DNA from: Gracilinanus agilis
Taxonomy: Eukaryota
Length of the DNA: 64,000 nucleotides
Assembly (NCBI RefSeq): GCF_016433145.1
Contig: NC_058131.1
Coordinates: forward strand, 562,971,577 to 563,035,576
Reading direction: 5' to 3'
Each line of letters opens with the position of its first letter. Position 1 is the first letter of the stretch. The position numbers and the translations under genes were made by a program. Under the pieces are notes generated by a model. That model had not been told where the DNA came from. It did not search any database and saw only the letters and a list, made by a program, of their open reading frames with translations. Below are positions 51,971-64,000 of this stretch, one piece after another.

Positions 51971-53029
51971 AGCCCATCTTACAGATGAGGAAATCAGGCC
52001 CAGAGAGGTCAGTTGACTGACTTACTTGGCCAGATTCACAGAGTTAGTAAGCATTTGAGGTAGAATTCAAATCCAGACCTTCTTGACAGAAAGTCCAGTA
52101 TCCTAAATTCTACGTCCTGTGCCACTTTGCTTCTTTACTGAGGCAAGTGGATCAGAACCAGCTTTTGTTTGGGGCTGCTAGGTAGCCATCTGAATTAAAT
52201 CACAGTCTGAGGTGTCTATTTTGGTATTCAGGGCGGACAAAAAGCATATTCAAGTAGAAGAATGGAGTTAGGGCCACTTGGGCCATTCCTTCCAAGTTAC
52301 CAATAAGGGACAATAAAACAGCAGCAGTTCTCTTGGCCAGCCTTCATTGTTAGAGCTCTCCCTGGCCTCCAGTTATAAGCTATCCCTGGCCCTAATTTAT
52401 AAGGCTATCCCTGGCCCTGTAAGCTACAGTGTGTGGGGTTCTGGAATTTTTTGTTTTGTCAGAAGTTGATGAATTAAGTAGAAGCCTCTCCTGGAGGAGA
52501 GGAGATGCAGAGAGCCAATTCCTATCCATGCACTCACCGTTCTTATGATGGCAGTTCTAGTGACATGGATGAGGGAGAAATAGACAGTTAAAAAAAATCC
52601 CCCATAGATCTTTGGGTAAAACTTGTCCACTCAGTCAAAATATTGACTCTAGACTAATCACGAAACTACAGATTTGGGAGGGGAAGTTTATGGGTGGGAA
52701 ACAGAGGGAAGGCAAGAGAGTTAGGTAATAATATACAGTTTTTATGTAGCATAATAGAGAACTTAATCTATTATTTCTTTGGCAAAAAGTAGCTTACTAG
52801 TTCCTCAGCACAAGGTCCAAAGTGGATGGGACTCTGGCCATAAAAAGAAGTAGGAAGGGAAGTACATAACAAGGGAATATTTTCTTCATGTAAAGCTTGG
52901 GAAAGTGCTCTATAGATCCAAGGGCCATAGATGGGAATTAGTAAGCAAAAGATTAATAAAAGGGAGTAAGGGGAAATGTAAGGAATAGAAAGAAAAGTGA
53001 AATAGATGGAATTGCAGAATTTCTAAGCA

Positions 53030-53520
53030 GGTAGGGGTATCTGCGGCATATGGCTTGACTCCCCCCGCCCCAACAAATGATCATGCAAGCTCTGAAGATG
53101 TATAATGAAGAGGAACTCACTACTTCCCAGAATCGTCTTTTTTTTACTTTTGAATGATTTGTTGTTACGAAATATATTCTTTGATTGAACTAAAAATTTC
53201 TTCTTTGTAGTCTAATATAAATTTCTTGATAGTGAAGACTAGCACAGGATATTAAACATGGAAGGCTAAAACTTGTTTATATATTGTTCTAAATTCTGCC
53301 TTTGGTGGCAAAGCAGAGCAAGAGTGTGATTGTGTCTCTTCTCTCTTCCTCACGTCATTTCTTCTCCAAGCTAAATATCCCTAGTTCTTGAACTAATCCT
53401 CCTATGGTTTTGGCTTTTAGTCCTCTCACCAATCTGGCTACATCTTCTGGACAAGCTCGTTTGTCAATGGTTTACCTATAACTTGGTGATTAGTACTAAA
53501 GGCAATACTCCAGACATGGT
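53030..53520 (-). mobile_element. L3/CR1-like ancient LINE fragment
   Basis: TCTTCTCCAAGCTAAATATCCCTAGTTC ... AATACTCCAGACATGG motifs resemble CR1/L3. Highly diverged. Confidence 0.45.
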
Positions 53521-54718
53521 ACAGAATTTAAACTCAGCTTATTTCATAATTTCCTCTAGGGCCAGGCTGAGCAAAGGAGCCCCCCGCAGACAAATCCATT
53601 TCATGAGCCCAGAGTCTCACTAATGCCAGTGTTTTCAAACTTTTCCTCCTCTACTAAGTCATTAGAAGAGCTACTAACAAATAGATTCATTTGCTTGAAT
53701 TAAATTTTGCCAGAGTGGAATTGTGGAGTTGGAATCAGAAAACTTGAGCTCTATCACCTTAGCAGGTCTTATTTAAAACCTCTTTTTCAGAGCTTCACTT
53801 CCCTGGTCCATATGTATTTATGCAAACCTCTGATATTATTTCAGTGGGAAGTACTTGGTAAGCAAACTCTGCCAGAGATGCAGATCCATAGCTTGCCTGC
53901 AATGAATGGCCTCAGCTTTGCTAGGTTAGGGGGTCTTCCTTTGGGTTATGAGTCTGACAAGCCTTGAACCAAAGGTCTTTCTGACTTGAAGATGGTCTTC
54001 TACTCTGTAGTCACACTGCCTCATTTTGACACAAGGATGATAATATTGATAGTACATTATCACAAGGTTGTTCTGGGATCAAATGAGGTAATCACAAAGT
54101 GCAGTATGAACACACACACTGAGATTACCTCTCTTTCTTTAAGGAATTGTCTTGGGAACAGAAGGAATTAATTTGAAGGAGAAACACACCAAAAAACAGC
54201 TTTATACATTTCCCTTCATTTGGCCTCTTTCATAATTTTACATATGAATGGTCTTGATATAACTAGCTCTTAAGTCGTAGATGTGCTATATAGTAACCAG
54301 AATCGTTGGGGCATGATGGGCTCCATTAATTCAATTTTCTGTTTAGCTAAGGGATGATATTTACAATCCATGGATTATTAATTTTTAAAGAATGTTATAC
54401 ACAGTAATATCCTGCACTCAAAATTCAGTGCACACATTTTAATTCTTAGCACTAAGAACATAATGAACATTATCTTTCTTTGATGGTTCAGAAGGCATTC
54501 TGGGATAATGGAGTCTGAGAATTTTAGAGAACTAAGATCTAATGATTCTATCACTACCACTAAACAAATATTTATTAAATATGTAATTATGTGAAAGGCA
54601 TCTTGGCAATGTGGATAAAGGGCCAGCCTGGGAGCAGGGACATATATTAGCCCAGTGACCCTAGACAAGGACCTTCAATTCTCAATGTCCCAGATAGCTC
54701 CCTAAGACTATAAATTGA

Positions 54719-54920
54719 GGGGCAGCTGGGTGGCTCAGTAGTTAGAGAGTCAGGCTTAGAGACAGGAGATCCTGGGTTCATATGTGGCCTCAGGTACTTC
54801 CTAGCTGTGTGACTCTGGACAAGTCACTCAACTCCTACTGCCTAGCCTTTCCTGTTCTTTCTGCCTTGGAACCAATGCACAGTATTAATTCTAAGACAGA
54901 AAGTAAGGGCTTAAAAAAAA
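54719..54920 (+). mobile_element. SINE1-type long-tail
   Basis: Head, CORE and tail. Confidence 0.85.
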
Positions 54921-57900
54921 TAGATTATTATTCCCTGGAACTGTAGATATAGGAAGTATAGGGCCAAGAGTGCTGAGAAATGAATCTATCTAGACTTGAT
55001 GATTTAACTTGTTAAAGAAAATGGTAGGTGTTAGTTACTCATTATTTAATAATGAATCATTTACTTTGGAGGCAAATCAAACTCAGGGAGAGTACAGTCT
55101 TGCTCTCCCCCAACACTATCCCCATCTCCATGTAGGTTTCTCTCTTTTTATTCAATTCCTTTCTCCTCCTTTGAGACCCCCCAATATCTCCCGTCTGCAG
55201 TCATATCTCCTTGTCCTTTGCTTCTCCTCATCCTTTCAGGACCAGCCTCTCCCCATCTCTTTACTGAACTTTACTGAACTACTGAGCTAAACTTGACAAT
55301 TATTGTACCAACATGTTTATCAATTATGATAGTAATAGATGAAAACTATGGGTATTCCTCTGTGTCTTACCTCTAGTTCCAAGGGCAACGTGTATATTAT
55401 TTGCTCTTATTATTATATTGTATTTACTTGAATTAAAGATAAAAATGCACTGATGAGGTGGTATGAAATCTCCACAGTATACACATCCCACTTCTATCTC
55501 AGTTCTTTAATAAGTTATAATTTCAAGGGTCATGAAAAATGAAGGAATCAGTTCAAAATAAATTCTTATTATGGTGATAGAAAAATAGTAGCAGCAACCA
55601 AAACTGATAATAGAAAATATAAGGAAATCAGAAAGCACTTAAGATATTATTTTTTTAAAATTTTATATACCTGCGCTTTCTTTTAACAACCGTAAATAAT
55701 AATAGTTAACATTTACTAAGCGTTCACAGACAGAAGGTAAGGGTTAAAAAGAAAAAGAATCATTTCTTGTTCTTTGCTTCTTTAAGCATTTTGTCTTTCT
55801 TGTTAAAGTATCAAGTTTTGTTTTTCTCACCCAGCAGAATTGAAAAAGGCATAGCCTCCTGGGCAGTGGGTTTGAGCTGTGTCTCTGCAGCCTTAATTCC
55901 TATACTAAAGAGGCAAAAATCTTCACAGTCTTTGTCTGCATCCTTTTGATTTTCAGCATTTAAATCATTCTCCATTATGTCTCATACTGTAAGTACCACA
56001 ATATGCCACTTCCACCACCTTGTCAACAGCTTCAACCCACTCTTTTTCATTTGAATTAAAATCTGTTCGATTGGAATATCTTTTGCCATCTTGGGATTTT
56101 AACTCTTGGTTTCTTTCAAAACATATTCTGGAGCCTTTGTGTTTGTCTTCACCAACAAGGTAGTGTGCAAGTAGAGTGGAAAGAGTGTTGGATTTGGAGT
56201 TAAAGGGCCCACATTCAATTCTTAGCTCAGCCACTAACGAGTGTGACCTTGAACCAGAGGTATGCTAGACTAGCAGTGCCTTGAAAGAGATGATTTTTAA
56301 GTTTTCAGGGAGTGGCTTCAGATATCTATAAATACTACATAAATTAGGGCTTGACCTATTATTTTGTGGATTATTTTGGAAAGTGATGTAGAAAGAGTGA
56401 ATAATAAAGGTTAAACTTAAACTTGTATACTGCTCACATTTTCCATGGGGAGAGCTGGTTGTTAAATATTTACCAGCATACTTTTGCTTTGAACAAGTCA
56501 CTTTAACCTCTCTAAGCCTTAGTTAATTAAGGTATGTGATAAATGGGGGCTTTGGACTAAATTACCTCTAATTTATAATTCTAAATCTATGATCCTATTA
56601 AGTCATACTGATGCTCTACAATACTAAGCTACAACATCCCCCTAAGACCGCCTTCTTATTTCAGTTATCACAGAATTTCAAGGACACACAAATTAAGAAT
56701 TTTGCCTTCAAAGTTATGAAATGAGATGGAATATCTGGCATTATTAAGTAGATCAACTTTAAGAGCAAATGTCTTTTGTAATAGCTTTTTGAATTCGGAA
56801 GGGTGCCCAGGACCATAGGAAGATGGCCAAATTGAGCTTATAATATTAGGGAATGCTCTCCAAATTTACGGGCTTTGTCATTTTTAGGGTAAATCTATTT
56901 TTCTAATCTGCACTTTCTCTGTAGGTACAAAAATATGGGACAGAGAGTCCAAAAAAAATGTGCTTTGCTCATTTCCACTATGACACTGTGGTTTGAAAGA
57001 AAATGTTGAATGTAAAGCATATTTGAAATCCCTGTAATAGTTCTATGGTCTCATTGCCAAAAGTTTTCTAATTGTGGGCTCAAAGCATTAGTTAGTATAG
57101 AATCAGTTGATCTCTCTGTACCCTGCTCAAAACTGGTTGACTATGAATCCACTTACATCTTCTAGGAGAAAATCTGGCAAGAGAGATGCACATAAATTGG
57201 TTTTATTAGCACCATGAAATGGCTCAAGGCTGAGATGGTGATCATCGGCAATGACATTCCTAAAAAAAGATTCACAGATTTTTTTCTCCCTACAGTGTTG
57301 TGATCATCTGATTGCTTTTCACTGACCACATTTTTATTAGATGTTTACCTAATGTAGACTTTAAAAATACAAGGGTGTATTCAAAATAGGTCCTTTAAAA
57401 AAATGACTCAACCAATTTAATTAGCAACTTCCTGTACCAGAATGCCCTGCCTGCCATGGCCACCAGTTGAAATCTTACCTGTTGCCCCCAAAGCCCAGTT
57501 CAAATGCCACTTCTGGATTCTCTCCAATAATAATATTCGTTAACTTCTATGTACAACTTGAAGGTTTTCAAAGCACTTTACAAATGTTAAGTCATTTGAT
57601 CTTTACAAAAGGTAGTTACTAATAATTATCCCCATTTTACAGATGAAAAAATTTGACTAGGATTTAAATTCAGATATTCTTGACTATCTACTATAGCACT
57701 GCTCAAACAGATTTTCCCCTTTGGAACGCTCAGAGTATTTTGGTCTACCTTTGATGAAGGTGTGGCATGTTGTCTTAGAAGGAGCTCTGGATTTGGGATC
57801 TGGGTTCATATTCAGCCAGGCAGTCTATTATTTCAGTAACAAATGGAGAAGTCACTCAAACTCTCCAGGTCTCAGTTTCTTTACATATAAAATGAAGGGG

Positions 57901-58949
57901 CTGTATTTCCAAGTTTAAACCTATGATCTATTTAATTTCTCACTCCATTTTTTAATTAGACATTTGTTTGTGTCAAATTAATTCCCCTATTATTGGACTG
58001 TAGGATCCATGAAGGCACTGGGGCCATGTCTAATTCCTTTTTATTTCCACCTCACTGACTAGGACAGTATAATAAATATTGACTGTGCTGAATTAAATGT
58101 GTTTATAAGAAAAAGTGTGTGTCTTTCAAAGACCAAACAGGAGCCAGACTGAATAATTGTTAACTGACATATGAAACATACAATTGGATTGGAACCCAGG
58201 CTTAACTTGAAAAAATGTTTTCTCTACTATACTCCCCAATAGCTTTGTTAACCATCACTGATTTATACTACTAAATTATACTAAAATTTAGATTTTCTTC
58301 CCAAAGACTCACTTATCTATTATATTCCTTTGCACAATAACAGTAGTTAGCATGTATATAGTGCTTTAAGGTTTATAAAGGACTATCTATGTTACCTTAG
58401 TTGGTCCTCACACATCAACCTTGCAAGTTAGGCGTAATTATTACCCTTATTTTATTTATAGATGAAGAAACTGAGGCTAAGAGAGGTCAAGTGACTTGCC
58501 TATAGCCACACACAATTGAGTATCTGAGGCTGGATTTGAACTCATGTCTTCCTGCTTCCAAGTCCAGCACACTATCCAATATACTTCATATACTATGTCT
58601 GGAGAAGGGCACTTCAAGTAGCCCTATGCTCTTACAGCCTCATGTACAAATCTCTCTCCACTTTATTTTTTTGTCTTCTCTCATTTGCGCATTACTATAA
58701 CTATCTCCAATTTGCCCTAAATGTTGTCCTTTCTATCACAAATTTCTTCTTCCCAAAACAACAAAAAAGTCCAATTTCTTCTTTCCACAAAGTGCAACGT
58801 CTGCCATTTTCTTATTTCTCATGACCCTGGCAGTATTCTTCTTTTATAACCTCTTACTCAAAAGGCTAATTGTGTCAGACAAATAGCATTGGCCTTGGAT
58901 AGACTTTGGATCTTCTAAGAGGCATTTGAGTTGGTTTTATTTTTCATCT

Positions 58950-59180
58950 TTTTGGTCTTGTCTACATGACCATATTTAGAATTTTCTTGGAATAGACATT
59001 AGTGTGGTTTGCCATTTCCTTCTCCAACTCATTTTACAGCTGATGAACTGAGTCAAACGGGGTTAAGTAACTCATCCAGGGTCACCCAGTAAAGTGTCTG
59101 AAAGGCAGATTTAAACACAGGAAGATGAGTCTTCTTGACTCCAGGCTCAGTACTCAATCCATGGTATCCCCTAGCTGCCC
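58950..59180 (-). mobile_element. Mar1 (reverse)
   Basis: GTGGTTTGCCATTTCCTTCTCC ... CCCTAGCTGCCC. Confidence 0.75.
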
Positions 59181-60294
59181 TTAAAATCTTTTTCAAGAAA
59201 TGTGCTGTAACAGTCTCAAAGAGGGATCCTGAGGAAACTTATTGTAGGAGGCATGATTCAGGGCAGCAAGTTTTGAGAGGGTTCAAATCTGGCCTCAGAC
59301 ACTTCCCACCTGTATGATTCTGGACAAGACAGTTAACCCCAATTGCCTAGCTCTTCTGGTTCTTCTTTCTTTGAAATGATACTAAGACAGAAGGTAAGGA
59401 TTTAACTGCCCCCTCCATGTCCCCAAATGAGCTGCTCTTAAATTTTTAGGAGTCCGTGTTAGGTCTGGGTAGTTGTGGGTTTTAGTTTTGTCATTAATAA
59501 TACCCAGAGAACAAATTCTATTCTCAAGGAAACTTTATATTCGTAGTAGGGGAATTTATTAATTTTTTTCAAACAATAAGGATTTCTGGTGTCTAATTAT
59601 TTCTATTACTTTTTCAGCCTTCTGTGGTATACTGCATAATTTCTTCCTTTTTCTTGAAAAATCTGCACCGATGTTTAAGTTCTAAGAATGAACTTCTTAA
59701 AGTTTGTGAAAGCGATGGCCTCTTATTTCTATCAACAGATCCTTTTCACTCAGTCATTTGTTTAAGGCTTCACTACAAATTCTTGATTATGTTCCTGGGG
59801 ATGTATTCTTTGCAGAGAGGGGCTTTTGGTTCCATCTTGGATCTTAGTCATTTAATACATGCTATTTGAGGCATTCAAAATATCCACTCTTGTGCAATGA
59901 TGATTAGCCTTTGCTCTGTCAAATGGTGTTTGACGAAGCATCATTTCTGCAAACTTAAAAACTTTATTATACAGCATGAGAATATCTCTTAGTCTTTTTC
60001 CTCCTTTCTGAAGAGGTAGTCTTAATATTTTTTAGATGCTTTGGAGTAGTGGATCCTATATTTTATTAGTACAACGGTTTTTCCACAGATTTTCCTTAAA
60101 ACAATTATTTTCCATTGTAGTATTCCAAAGCTATACATTAAAACTAGCATTGCAGAAATTAATTGCTGTGAACACATTCTTCCCATAAAAGCTTTGACTT
60201 CAGAATGGCCAGAGTCTCTAGACATGTATAGCTACAACTTACTCCTTGACAGCTTTATGTTTGTGTCCCACTTAGGGAAGACTTAAACGATATT

Positions 60295-60545
60295 TATTGT
60301 TGTACAGTCATTTTCAGTCATGTCTAACTCTTTGTGGCTCCCATTTAGGGTTTTCTTGGCAGAGATACTGGAGTGGTTTGCTATTTCCTTCTCCAGATCA
60401 TTTTATAGATGAGTAAACTGAGGCAAACAAGGTTAAATGATTTTGCCTAGGGTTATACAGATAGTATCTGTAATCGGATTTGAACTCAGGTCTTCCTGAT
60501 ACCAGACCCATCAGTCTACCCATTGTGCCACCTAGATGCCTCATA
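60295..60545 (-). mobile_element. Mar1 (reverse)
   Basis: TTCAGTCATGTCTAACTC tail through to the head. Confidence 0.8.
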
Positions 60546-61799
60546 TATTTGCCTAAGATATTTGTAGGCATAACCTTTATCAATTGGTTGCTTCTCCCAA
60601 ATTAATTAATTAATTAGTCTAGAATGTTCTTCCATGGTTACATGATTCATGATCTTTCCACCTACTCTTCCCTCCCTACTCCTGGAGCTGACAAGCAATT
60701 CTACTGGGTTTTATAAATATATATAGCATTATCCAAAACCCATTTCCATATTATTCATATTCTAATAGATCCCTGGATTCAATTGAAAGCCTTCTCTCTA
60801 ATTTTCCTTGGCATCCATTGAGAGTTTTTACTTATAGAGTCAAAAGGACATTTTACTATTATTAGAAAATTGTCCTGAGATTAAGAAAGAAAAACCTCTT
60901 TTAATACATTTTTGGTCGATTCATATACCTTGAGGCCATCCATATATACGATATATACAGCACGAAAGGTCTAGAGATAGAAGAGACCTCTACTTGAATT
61001 GTTTAATTTTATAATCGAGGAAACTGAGGTTGTGACTTGCCAAGGTCACAAAGGTAGTCATCATCAGAGACAGGATTTGAATCTAGGCCTTCTGACAAGC
61101 CAGTGTTCTTTTTACTATGTCATCTTCATAGAATCATATGTAATATGTTTTAGTACAGTTATCATTATTAATATTCAACATTGATTCTGTAGCTATTGGT
61201 TTTCCTTTCCCTCTTTTTTAGGGGGAAAAGGGAACAAACCTGGGATTCTTTTTGGCATAGGAAACAATCCCTGTTGTGGCAGGTCACCTACAACGTCTAA
61301 CATTTGATAGTTAGTTGAGGTACCGAGAAGGCAAGTGATTTGCCCTGAGCCAACCAACCACTGCCTCCTCACAACCCCCATTGCCTAGCTCTTATTGTCC
61401 TTCTGCCTTGGAACCAACATACAGTATTGATTCTAAGACAGAAGTAAGGATTTTTATAAATAAATCAATAAATCTTCTTTTTTGGTTTGGGCTTATTGAA
61501 AAGAAGAAACTCAGTAAACATGACAGAAGAAGCATATGTTGGAGACTGAAGAATGAAAAAGACCTCCCTCGCCACCTGTCCCAACGTTTGTACCACTACT
61601 TTGCCTAGCCCACTTTTTATTTTTAAACCCTTACCTTCTGTCTTAATATCAGCTAAAAGATCAAGGCTAAGTGATGTGCCCAGGGTCACATAGCTAAGAC
61701 ATATCTGTGGCCAGATTTAAATCCAGGTCCTCCCAACTCCAGGTCTGGCACTCTACCTACTGTGCTCCCTCCAAGCCTTTATGTGTACTTTAAAAAAAA

Positions 61800-61992
61800 A
61801 ATATTTTTTTTCTTTAAACCCTTAACTTCTGTGTATTGGCTCCTAGGTGGAAGAATGGTAAGAGTGGACAATGGGGGTCAAGTGACTTGCCCAGGGTCAC
61901 ACACCTGGGAAGTGTCTGAGGCCGGATTTGAACCTAGGACCTCCTGTCTCTAGGCCTGACTCTCAATCCACTCAGCTACCTAGCTGCCCCCC
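61800..61992 (-). mobile_element. SINE1_Mdo-type short-tail
   Basis: TSD CCTTTAT(G/A)TGTACTTT. Confidence 0.9.
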
Positions 61993-63339
61993 TTTATATG
62001 TACTTTTAAAAATAAGAGAAAAAAAACAACAAAAGATGTTAGACTCAGAGTTATGGGGAAAAGTGCTGATTTCTAAACTCTGCTATGACTAGCAATTTTG
62101 ACACCAAGGACAAGACACTGAACATGACCTCAAGTCAAAATTTTAAGACAAATTCAGTAAGATGGTGAGAGGTTTTTGGACACTGTTAGGAATGCCTGCT
62201 GGACAGAGAATTAAGAAGGTCAAGAAAGAGTCCAGTTGGGGTGTAGTCAGTGAAAAGTTCATTTTAGGTACAGCTGAAGTCTCATGGATTCCTAGTTCTG
62301 CCAAACAAGGTGTTAAACTCAATTGTTTCTATACTATTCTGAAGAGCTATTTTACCACCAATGCTAAGGGACCCAGGCTATTTTCTTTGTCCTAGCTGTG
62401 ATTCAGGGAGTCAGGATAAAATAAAAAAAGAATTAATTGAAGGAGAAAAAGGAGGACTTTGGAGGACACATTAGAATCTAGTCCAAATGATGCTTTATAG
62501 CTGAGGGCTACAAGGGCAGACAAAATCAGAGAAAAAAAGGAAGTAGAAACTGAGTGTGATGAAGCCACTGGCACCTGTAACCAACCTGTGGGAGAGGCTG
62601 TGTTTTTCTGGAGAATTCAAAGTTCAGTCATCCTCCACCCAAGCTTGCTTTGGACTTTGATCAGCTGAAAGGATCGTTTTGCTCTATCGTGTCCTAGAAA
62701 ACAAACTGGGAACAGCAGCATCTGGATTTTCACTAAGCTTCTGCTGAGAGTTTCACCATGTTTTTCTGCTAATTTATAGTTGGCTCGGTGGGAACCAAAG
62801 GAAACATTTTTTTTTTCTGTCTCATAAAATGGGTATTCAAGTGCCATTGGCATGGATTTCTACACTGTTCTTACTTCATATCCCTACAACCGTGGCGGAG
62901 AAATCTTCTCCCAACTGCCACGTACATCATTATGCAATGCACTAAAATCCTCTTAATGTTTTTCAAGGAACTTCTTAACTGGGGAAATAGTTATAAGAGG
63001 GGGAATGGAAAGTTATGAATCTGCAGACAGATGCTAAAATTTCAAAGTACCCAATGGGAAGAAATGTCTTAAAATTATTTTATAATACAGACCAGTACCG
63101 TATGTTTTGCTTCATTTTGATCTGGACTTGTAATTTCATCATTTTGGAAGAATTCTCAGTGTGGAAAATTTCTCCCCTGATAAAGATCAGCAACACACCT
63201 TGTATAGTCTTAGAGAGTTGCTTGGGAACACTGATTTGCCCAGGGTTTGATGACTAGTGTGAGTGGATGGTAGGACTTAGAGCCAGGTCTAACTGACTCC
63301 AAAGTCCTCTCTATTCGCTGTGACATGCTGTCTCAAAAT

Positions 63340-63535
63340 AATAGAACCTTGAGATAGTTAGGTAGCATGAAGAGTCAGGCCTAGAGTTGGAAGGCCCTGG
63401 GTTCAAATGTGGCCTCAGACACTTTCTGGCTATTTAACTATGGGCAAGTCACTTAACCCCAATTGCCTAGCCCTTATCTCCCTTTTGTATTAGAAATTAA
63501 TACTTAAGATAGAAAATAAAGAATTGAAAAAAAAG
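63340..63535 (+). mobile_element. SINE1-type (older)
   Basis: Head, CORE and diverged tail. Confidence 0.7.
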
Positions 63536-63918
63536 GAATCTCTATAAAAGGGGGTGGATCAGTGTTTTCCAGTGAATCACATGATAAAAGACAGAAAGAA
63601 GAGATCAATGAATTGGGGATGCAAATAAAAAAATGAAAAAGAACAAATTTAAACTCCCAATTTAAACACTAAATTAAAAATCCTAAAAATCAAAGGAGTA
63701 ATAAATAAAATAAAAAGTAAAGTGACCCACGTGGCATAGAAAGTGGGATATGATGGAGGACTTAAGTGAGCAGATTGCAAATGTTACTGGATAAACTGAA
63801 AATCAAACCAGATACTAAACAAAGACCTTCTTCATTGGCCACCAATGCTAGCCATTAGCACTGTTTATGGCAATGTTACTTATTAAATCACAGAATTAAA
63901 ATAAGAAAAGGTATTCAC

Positions 63919-64000
63919 GGGGCAGCTAGGTGGCACAACGGATAGAGTGCCAGGACCTGGGTTCAAATCTAGCCCCATACACTTCCTAGCTGTGTGACCT
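63919..64000 (+). mobile_element. CORE-SINE head, cut by the window edge
   Basis: GGGGCAGCTAGGTGGCACA...CTTCCTAGCTGTGTGACC. Confidence 0.8.

Noticed and set aside
52352-52425. Three ~25-bp repeats of GCT(A/C)TCCCTGGCC
   Set aside because: An ordinary short local slippage duplication with no spacer structure. Not CRISPR-like.
55965-62853. Short - strand ORFs (55965..56234, 62617..62853) as possible retrogenes
   Set aside because: No recognisable homology, poly-A tail or TSD.

Overview
Eukaryotic genomic DNA from a didelphid marsupial, most likely the opossum Monodelphis domestica, judged from abundant SINE1_Mdo-type, Mar1, MIR, L2, L1 and 7SL-derived repeats. The whole window lies inside MYO1E (myosin IE), transcribed on the minus strand. 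Six consecutive coding exons are present (17-22 by human numbering; 107, 99, 145, 115, 170 and 146 bp). All have GT-AG ends and matching phases, and they cover the end of the motor domain, the IQ motif and the start of TH1. Exons 16 and 23 were not found in the window. Exon 17 and about 1 kb of flank occur twice around a 391-N gap, probably two alleles assembled in tandem. The rest is repeat-rich intron, and almost all ORFs in the supplied track are spurious. The most unusual observations are: (1) a young hAT MITE that carries a rearranged copy of the neighbouring MYO1E exon 19 and supplies splice sites that could make it a poison exon; (2) a ~94% identical inverted SINE pair bracketing exons 20-21, whose back-spliced 285-nt circle would have a stop-free frame; (3) a 65-nt hairpin in the SINE1 tail that the youngest copies have lost; (4) a 79-bp minisatellite grown from a SINE interior; (5) an antisense solo LTR with promoter motifs and a strong splice donor. 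Repeat family names and exon numbers come from recall, not from a database search, and most repeat boundaries are approximate.
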